Origin: Thecamonas trahens ATCC 50062
Taxonomy: Eukaryota; Protista; Apusomonadida
Length of the DNA: 64,000 nucleotides
Reading direction: 5' to 3'
Assembly: GCF_000142905.1 (NCBI RefSeq)
Contig: NW_013657668.1
Span: 110,492 to 174,491, forward strand
A program made the translations under genes and the position numbers. Position 1 is the first letter of the stretch. Each line of letters starts with the position of its first letter. The notes beneath the pieces were generated by a model, which was not told the DNA's origin, did no database searches, and saw nothing but the letters and a program-made list of their open reading frames with translations. Positions 56,581 through 64,000 of the stretch are shown in pieces.

Positions 56581-58308
56581 TCAGTGCAGTTTCTTGATGA
56601 TCTTGCGGTTGGCAGAGTGAATGCGGCTCGAGCCGCTGTCGACGTCCTTCTCCAGCTGATCGAGGTCGGCGTTCTGGCGATCGAGGGTGGTGCCCATGGT
56701 GGTGGCCACTGCCTTGAGCTTTTCCAGCACACGCGACATTTCGTCGAGCTGCTGGTCCTCGGCCTCGATGAGGGCTTGCTGCTGGCGGAGGCGCTCGCGG
56801 GCAGCGGCATCGGTGTCTGCCGACGGCATAAAGGCTTGGGCGGACAAGGGAACAAACTCAGGGTTGCGGAGCGCGTCGACGCGCTTCGCCATCGCCGCCG
56901 GAGTCACCTTGCCACCAAATGCTGGTGAGCTGGCGTAGAACGAGGACTTGTGGGAGAGCGGCGCGGCGCCGTCATCGACAATGAGCGGGATGTCGGCTAC
57001 ACGCCGCTCGCCCAGCTCTAGGAGAATGTCCTCTAGGTACGCGGTGACAACAACCATGCTTTCGCTACGGATGGCCGAGCCCTTGGGTGCATCGGCGTTG
57101 GAGGCGACGGCGGCGGATGTGAGCTCGATGCAAAGGTGGTAAGCCCGTGGTAGGAGGGTCAACGACGAAATGCCGGTGTAAGGCGCAACGCGGACGAGGG
57201 TGCGGCTCGCGTCGGCATCGCCTTCCACGTCGCCGCCAAGGATGCAGAGCGCGGTATCGGTAAAGACCAAGCGGGAGGCAGTGTACGACGAGGTCGTGCA
57301 GTCGACAACAGGTACCTGCATCAGCCGCGAGTATTGATGCTGGCCGACGCTGCAGCGTCGGCGTCCTCGACCGACGTCGGTCGCGAAGTGAATGCGTTGG
57401 CTGCGGCGCCGGTCAAGCTCATTCCGCGGAGGAGGCGGTCAGCTTCGTCCATGTTGGCGTGGATGTGGGCCATGGCGACACGCTGGCGGGCGATGAGCTC
57501 GCCCTGGTGGTCCAGCTCGGTCAGCGTTGATGTTCCGATGTCGAGTGTCTCGTACGCGAGCTGCAGGGCGCGCGAGGTCTTGAGCTGCTTGAACAGCACA
57601 TCCTCGTCCTGCCCACGGCCAAGCAGACGGCCACGGAGCGCGGCCCCGCCGGTCATCATGCCCGACGCCACGTCGCTGCCTCGGACGAGCTTGCGGTGCA
57701 AAAAGGTGAGCGGCGTCAGCGTGGCGGCCACCATGTGCTGGATGATAGCGAGACAGTTGGCGCGATGGATAAAGTTGCTGAAGAACAGCGTGCCGGTGTA
57801 GGTCTCGACGCGGATGGCCGGGAGCATGAGCAAGTTGCTGGTGGCCTCGACAGCCGTCACATCGGCAAACGACACGTGGGCCGTCCCACCTACCAGCCTG
57901 TTGGCCACATAGAAGAACAAGCCCATCCGAGTGATGTACAATGTTCCAGCGTGTGGCATCTTCCAATCCGACCGCTGCAGCGTGCATCCAAAGTCCTGCA
58001 CCGGCCGCTCGTGGGGCGCCAGCGGCAGCGACAGCTCGAACCGGCCAGCGAACTTGACGTCACTCTCAGGCGTAGACGATGCAGCCTGTGTGTGTATGTA
58101 TGTGTGTGTGAGTGAGAGAGAGAGTGTGTGTGTGTGAGGGGGCGAGGAGCGAGGGGAAGGGGAAGGGGGAAACGGAGGCGGGAGGAGGGCGTACCATGTG
58201 CGAGGTTGTGTGGAAGGGGGAATCCGGGACGAGTGGAGTGGTGCGGCTTGTTCGTAGTCTGCGCCGTCGTCGCGGTGGCCGGCTTGCAATGGAGGGAGGG
58301 CCAGACAT
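56581..58308 (-). CDS. SNAP-25-family Qbc SNARE with N-terminal GRAM domain (SNAP-47-like); exons 58308-58195 and 58085-56581, with a frame break at ~57323
   Basis: GRAM: FGCTL..HAGTLYIT..LFF..HVSFADV..PAIRV. Qb: AYETLDIGTSTLTELDHQGELI. Qc: DQQLDEMSRVLEKLKAVATTMGTTLDRQNADLD. GTACGC/CACAG intron. Confidence 0.8.
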
Positions 58309-58404
58309 GCAGCTTGGGCCGATCTGTCTTTCCCTGTCAGTGATCACAGAGCCTGCGCATGCAGTGGTGATCACGACAAGAGAGGTTGATGCGGCGAGCG
58401 GCGT

Positions 58405-59441
58405 TTACTCCTGCTCGGGAAGGACGGGCTCGGTCGACTCGGGATGAAGGAGGAGCGAGCCAAAGACGGTGAGGTCCGGGATGCCGCGGACCTCGCGCTG
58501 GAGGAGCGGGATGATGGAGACGTGAAAGTCGTCGTAGAGGTCTGCAATCTGGCCGAGGTACTTGCCCTGCATGGCGATGCGTGCGGCGCACTGGGTGCAC
58601 GGCGCAGGCGGGTCGCGGACAACCTGGTTGACAACGATGTTCTGGACGTCGATGTCGTTCTCGGTCAGCTCCTGGATGAGACGCTCGGTCTCGTAGACCG
58701 AGAGGAACTCCGGAATGCAGACGCAGACAAAGGTGGTGAGGTCCGGGTCGGTGAACTGGGTCTTGGCCATACGGATGTGGGTCTTCATCTCGTTGATGCG
58801 CTCCATGTGCTCGCCGTTGGCGCCCATCAGCTGGGTGAGCATTCCGCCCATCGGCCCCGAGGTAAAGGTGTTGAGGAAGTTGTCCATCGTCTCGGGCAGC
58901 TGCAGGAACCGCAGCGTGTGCCCGGTCGGCGCCGTGTCGAGAACCACCGTGTCGTACTCCATCGACGCCGCGAGCTTCATCACATGCGAGATGGCAAAGA
59001 GCTCATCGGCGCCTGGGAACTCAAACTTGCCGAGCATGGCCTGCAGGCCAGCACCATCGTCAGACTCGAGCACGTCCTTGGGCACCGACGCCTTGACCTC
59101 CATGGCATCGAGCGTCTCGGTGATCCGCGTTGGCTCGGACCCGATCTTGGTCCGGAACGCGTCCGAGAGGTTGTGTGCCGGATCCGTCGAGATGAGCAGG
59201 ACCCGCGATCGGTGCTGCGGGCGCATACCGCGGAAAGTGTAGTGGTGAGTGAGTGGCAGGGAAAGCACACGCAGTGCTCGAGATATACCCTCGGCATGGT
59301 CCGTACCTTGGAGAGGAGGAGGGCGAGTGAGCACGAGGTCGTGGTCTTGCCCACCCCGCCCTTGCCGCCCACAAGGATCCACCGCAGCGACTGCTGCGCA
59401 AGGAGGTTGGCTACCGTCGGCGGGTACTCTTCGTCAGCCAT
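58405..59441 (-). CDS. GET3: Tail-anchored protein targeting ATPase Get3/ASNA1; 2 exons (59441-59307, 59214-58405)
   Basis: [55 protein letters not shown], CxxC. Confidence 0.95.
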
Positions 59442-59614
59442 GGGTGGGTGTTGTGAGAGAGTGTGGTGGTGTGGTGTGGCGTGTGTGTGGTGGGGGGTGG
59501 GGGGGGGGGGGGCGGGGGACCGGCGAACGGGCGGCGCGATGACCGCATGCGATGGCCGGCGGATGGAGCTTTAGATTGTCGGATGACCATGGAACAGTTG
59601 CAGGCGCGCGGCCC

Positions 59615-60709
59615 CTACGGTGTGGTGAGGATCTCATCTGGCGTGTCGCGGATGCAGGTGATCGAGGTGACCAGCCGCTGGCAGAGCGGTATGTGGAGGT
59701 TGTGGCCGGCGGCGTAGCCGCACTTGATGCAGGGCATGTATTCGCCGGCCGGCGTGGGCGGCGCGGAGGCGGCGGGCATGGTCGGCGTGGCGGATGCCTT
59801 GATGTCGGTGCACGTCTGGTTGAGCGCGCCACACGAGGAGCAGATTGACGAGCCGAGCACGACGGTGTCCGAACCGCCACCGTCGAGGTTGACAGCATTG
59901 TAGAAGCCGAGATCGAGCGCGAGGGCAGTGAGCTGGACCAGGTTCGGCCCGGTCTTGAAGATCTCGTCACCGTCGACCTCGAGAATCATTAGCCGGCCGT
60001 CGGCGTCGTGGCCAATGGCCAGCCGCGGTGCGGCCTCGGCCACAAAACTCGGCGACGGGTGCTCGATGGCGATCGAGGCATTCAGGAACGAGGTACCGTT
60101 GGCAACGAGCCAGCCGACACCAGACACAAGGTTGACAAAGCCAGCAGAAGCAAGTTCGGTCTCGGTTGTTGCTGCCACGTAGCCAGCAAAGAAGACCGGA
60201 TGCGTCCGGTGTGCGTTTGCGGCTAGCATGCCGAACGACGGCCGGACCAGCGTCGAAGCCTGGACGACCTTGCCGTCCGAGACCAGCGATCCGAGGCAGG
60301 CGCCCGTGGCGACGTCAAAGAAGCCAGCGTTGGTCGCCGCCAGACAGCGCCCGGCTGCCGCTGTGCTCGTTGTATAAGCCTTTGTCCCACATCCACCGGG
60401 ATACGGCGGGAGGAGCGCAAAGGTGCCCGGTGACGGGTTGTCCAGCACCAGCAGATGCCCCGTGTACCTCACGCCGTCCAGGCTCCGGTTGACAAATGTG
60501 TGCACAAACTGAGCCTTCCTGCTTCCACTACCGCCTCCGGCCAGTGCATGGGTCACATTAGGCAGGCCGTGTCCAGAACCACCGTCGATGGTCTTGTCAT
60601 GTGCGCGGCCGCGGGTGTGGCCGAACGGTTGCGACGCAGCGCCAGGATACCCAGTGACAGTAGCGACGACCACAGCTACCAGCAGCGTCACAAGTGCGAG
60701 GGTGTGCAT
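59615..60709 (-). CDS. Phosphodiester glycosidase (NAGPA/uncovering enzyme-like), secreted, no TM anchor
   Basis: Signal peptide; ATNAGFF..C.GSLVSDG, LVSGVGWLV.NG, APRLAIG, NAVNLDGGGS, CQRLVTSITC. Confidence 0.85.
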   Translation of the reverse strand: MHTLALVTLLVAVVVATVTGYPGAASQPFGHTRGRAHDKTIDGGSGHGLPNVTHALAGGGSGSRKAQFVHTFVNRSLDGVRYTGHLLVLDNPSPGTFALLPPYPGGCGTKAYTTSTAAAGRCLAATNAGFFDVATGACLGSLVSDGKVVQASTLVRPSFGMLAANAHRTHPVFFAGYVAATTETELASAGFVNLVSGVGWLVANGTSFLNASIAIEHPSPSFVAEAAPRLAIGHDADGRLMILEVDGDEIFKTGPNLVQLTALALDLGFYNAVNLDGGGSDTVVLGSSICSSCGALNQTCTDIKASATPTMPAASAPPTPAGEYMPCIKCGYAAGHNLHIPLCQRLVTSITCIRDTPDEILTTP

Positions 60710-60906
60710 GATGGGTGTAGGTATGTGGGTGGGTGGGCGAATTGCGGGTATGGGTATGGGTGTGGGTGGATTGTGAGACGAGTTGGCGGTGACACGGGGA
60801 CGGCGACAGCAACGGCGCGGCGTCGGACACACGCACGGACACGGGCACAAGGACAACGTCTTCTGTATTCGGGCGAGCTGGAGGGGGGGGGGGGGGATAG
60901 GTCTGA

Positions 60907-62618
60907 CTACAACTCGCCAGCAAGTCGATCGTCGGCGGCGGCCTCCCAAAACGGGATGTCGAGGTCGGCACCGAGGTCAGCCTTGGAGATCTTGGGCGCG
61001 GTGAGGGACGAGGCGAGCCAAGCAAGGTAGGTGGCGTCGGAGAGCGACTGGATCCACACGCAGTAGTCCTCGATGTACAGCTCGTTAAAGTAGTACTTGT
61101 CCTCGGAGAGCTTGAAGAGCTTGTGGATGTCGAGGAGAGCCTTGAGGACACCCATGCGGCCGGTGCAAGCGATCATGAGCGCGTCGCGGCGGATGCGCGA
61201 TGCGAGCTTCCATGAGCGGTAGAGCGGATAGACGAGCGAGCGGCGCATGACTGAGAGCAGGGCCTCGCGCGGAGAGTGTGGAACTGTCAGCCATGACGTG
61301 AGCCCATTCAGCTTAGCCACCGTCCACGCAGACTCGACATTGTGCTCCCCGCCGGTCATCCGCATGTCGTATGCGTAGGCGGCAAGGATCTCGAGTAGTC
61401 CGTTGAGCTCGCGGGTCGGTTCGTCGACGAGGTGCTCCTTTGCCGGCAGCGCCATCAACTCGTCGCGCTCGTCCGTGTCGAGCTCGATGACAGTGGCTGG
61501 GACCGGCGACGCTAGGCCGGGCGTGGGAACCGGGAACGCGAGGCGCGGGGTGAAAGAGGTGGCAAAGTCGGCAAAGGCGGCGGCGTGCTCGGGGGCGGCA
61601 GCCCACTCCCGCAACGTCTGGTATGCTTCGGCCCACCACGGAACCGGTGCGTGCTCGCCGAGCAGCTCGTCGATGGCCTCGGGCTCGGCGTACTCGGCCA
61701 TGTAGTGCTCCGAGTCAAAATCGCCGGCCTCACGCTCGCGCATGGCGGCGCGCCGCTGCTCCACAGTGAGCGAGTCTGGCGCAGGCGAGTCGAGGATCAG
61801 CGGAAGCTCTTCCATGAGCGGCGCAAAGAACTCGGCGTGCGCGTTATTGAAGCCGTAGCGGACCCGTCCGAGCAGCGCGTCGGCTGCCGAGCCGTCGGCC
61901 TCCACCCTCCGGGCTGGGAACGACCAGTCGACCTCACCGGCGGCGGCCAGCAGCTCCGACGGCGGAGTCGGGCCAGCGACCTCCATGTCCAGTAGCTCGC
62001 TCGAGCGCGGGACATTGTCACCAGTGCGGGTGGCAGCAGGGCCGCTCGGCCCCTCGCCGTCGTCCGAGCCGTCGCCGAGTCGTCGTCCGAGTCGATGTCG
62101 CCGCCTACAGCCGGCGTGGACGAGAGGACCTCAATGACCGGGCGGGCAGGCTTGGTCTTGGCCTGCTTGGGAGTCATAAGCGCGGTGAGCATGTTGAGAT
62201 CCGGGAAGAACTCGCCGTGGTTGAGCTTTGGCAGATGAACGGTCAGCTCGCGCGTGTCGTCGTTGTACACCGACTTGGCGTCCTCCATCGAGTCTTGCAG
62301 CGGCTGCTTAAAGTGCAGCCGGAGAAAGTACGGCTTGACAAAGACTTGAACTCGTACATTCCGATGTAGTAGTCGACCTCATCAAACTGTCTCCCTCTCC
62401 GCCCCATCATCGCCCATCATGAGTCGCCGGACAACGCGCCGCGTTGGTCATCCCGCCACTGTCCCGCACACGCCCACACGCCCACACGCCCGCACGCCCC
62501 CGCCCGGGTGGCCACCCTTCCACCACCACCAGCGAAACCATACCTTGATCGACTTGAGCACAATGTGAACATACACAAACTCGTTGTCTTGCGAGAGTCT
62601 GAACACCGGCGTGATCAT
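60907..62618 (-). CDS. SHQ1: H/ACA snoRNP assembly factor SHQ1; exons 62618-62544 and 62386-60907, apparent 1-bp deletions at ~62344 and ~62070
   Basis: MITPVFRLSQD, KPYFLRL, FPDLNMLTALM, YGFNN, DFDSEHYMAE, GEHNVESAWTV.KL, RRSLVYPLYR, NELYIEDYCVWIQ. Confidence 0.92.
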
Positions 62619-63073
62619 GATGCCCAGTACCAACCACAAGCGTCGGGTGTCGCCGGCCAACCCGTCACCGCACCACCTCTGTGCCAACAACGAATGATAT
62701 TGAAAGGCCTCACCAGAGCCATGGCCTGACCAGAGCCCAATCGCTCCTCACCGCCCTTTCCCCCCATTCCCCATCCCTCACCTCCTCCCCTCCCCCCCAC
62801 CCTTCTCCCATACCCCCTTTCCCGCATCCCCTCCCTCCATCCCCCACCCCCCCTCAGACAATGCCATCTCCCCACCATCAGACAATGCCATCTCCCCCCT
62901 TGTCACTCCCAAACCGTTCCAACTGAATTCCTTCGCCATTCCCATTCCCACTCCCATTCCCTGTTCCCGTCCCCTCACTCGTTCCCTCTCCCTCGCCCAA
63001 TTAGCATTGCCGTTACCACCCCTCGCCACCCCACCCCTCCCCACCCCCACCCCTCCCCACTCCCCCACTTCCC

Positions 63074-64000
63074 ATGGCAGAGTACTCAGACTCGCACTTT
63101 GCCTTGGGCGCACATGGAGGCGCCGAACTCGACCCGCGAATCCATGCCGCCGCCCCACACCAGGCCTACTCGTCCGGTGCACCGCCGCCGGCTGCCTCGC
63201 CGTCGCAGGCGAGCCACTCGTATTATGCTCCGGGCGCTGACGAGCCATATGCTGCATACCGCCCAAGGCCATCGCGGGGGCCGGCGCATGTTCCTGATGC
63301 CAATCAAGATCCCTACGCCAACGGCCATAGCCGCGGCCTGCGCATGCCGTACGGCCGCGGCGTCGACTCGTCCTCGGCCTCGGCCCAGCTCGCCTCCGGC
63401 ACCGATCCGCAGCACGAGTACGAGCACTACGCCAAGACCTCGGGCGCCGCCACCCGCCGCATCTTTGACCCGCGCTCGGATCGCGACCGCATGCGTGAGA
63501 TGCAGCGGTTCCAGGCCGCAACCTCGGTCAACAACAAGCGCTACAACCCGGTGCTCCAGCGGTACGCCGACGACAGCGAGGAGCGCGCCGCCCGTGACGC
63601 CGAGTCCCGCCGCCGCTCGGCCCAGCTCCAGCGCCACGCGCGCGCCCCGCAGGCCGAGCTCGGCTCGGTTCGCGACCTCCATGTCGGCAAGCTGAAGAAC
63701 CCGCCTCGCCGCCGCGGCGCAGGCGCCGTCGGCCCGCCGCCAGACTCGGACATCTTCAACCCGAATCCTCTCCCGTACCGCCCGGGCAAGCGCCACTCGG
63801 AAATCGACTACACCCGCGAGACCGAAGAGTGGTGGAACCTGAAGCGCGATCCGCCGCCGCCGCCGCCTCGCCGCCCGCCCAACCCGTACTCGCGCGAGGC
63901 CAAGGAGCTGCTCGAGAAGAACCAGGGGACAAACATGACCGACATTCTCCAGCCTGATCGCCACAAGACCAAGGCCAACATGCTCCGCTCGCCCTCGCCC
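63074..64000 (+). CDS. Hypothetical hydrophilic protein, truncated at the window end (absent from the ORF track)
   Basis: ATG after a C-rich tract; the frame MAEYSDSHF...KRYNPVLQRY...RSPSP stays open to base 64000 with C-ending codon bias. Confidence 0.6.
   Translation, partial: MAEYSDSHFALGAHGGAELDPRIHAAAPHQAYSSGAPPPAASPSQASHSYYAPGADEPYAAYRPRPSRGPAHVPDANQDPYANGHSRGLRMPYGRGVDSSSASAQLASGTDPQHEYEHYAKTSGAATRRIFDPRSDRDRMREMQRFQAATSVNNKRYNPVLQRYADDSEERAARDAESRRRSAQLQRHARAPQAELGSVRDLHVGKLKNPPRRRGAGAVGPPPDSDIFNPNPLPYRPGKRHSEIDYTRETEEWWNLKRDPPPPPPRRPPNPYSREAKELLEKNQGTNMTDILQPDRHKTKANMLRSPSP

Noticed and set aside
6468-62618. Calling the frameshifted genes pseudogenes
   Set aside because: Motifs are intact on both sides of each break, there are no in-frame stops, and several are housekeeping genes (SHQ1, RBM34).
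46133-62618. Functional gene cluster (sulfur/redox/trafficking)
   Set aside because: The neighbours belong to unrelated pathways; adjacency is explained by genome compactness.

Overview
GC-rich, very gene-dense eukaryotic nuclear DNA from a protist. The compactness, sparse GT(A/G)CG/GTATG...YAG introns, poly-C/(CA)n spacers and gene content suggest an apusomonad such as Thecamonas trahens; this is a guess, not verified. There are about 28 protein-coding genes, 7 assembly gaps next to G/C homopolymer tracts, and no recognisable RNA genes, transposons or CRISPR. Housekeeping genes include cardiolipin synthase, Hsp78/ClpB, DERA, RBM34/Nop12, MOCS3/Uba4, SDHB, MPPE1/Cdc1, MsrB, Get3, NAGPA and SHQ1. 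Most notable: (1) a tandem glutaminase, in which an intact GLS+ankyrin unit is fused to a second unit that keeps the ligand-binding residues but has lost catalytic Ser/Lys/Tyr; (2) a ~4,680-aa intronless DUF3638/DUF3645 protein with a full set of SF2-like ATPase motifs, an EF-hand pair and a Vps62-like tail; (3) a two-pore channel with acidic filter loops; (4) a SNAP-47-like GRAM-Qb-PH-Qc SNARE; (5) a C2-C2-RasGAP-DEP-DEP-CH protein; (6) a plant XEG113-like GT77 glycosyltransferase. Eight single-base frameshifts, all with one base missing, interrupt six genes and are most likely sequencing errors. All family assignments come from motif recognition by eye; no searches were run.
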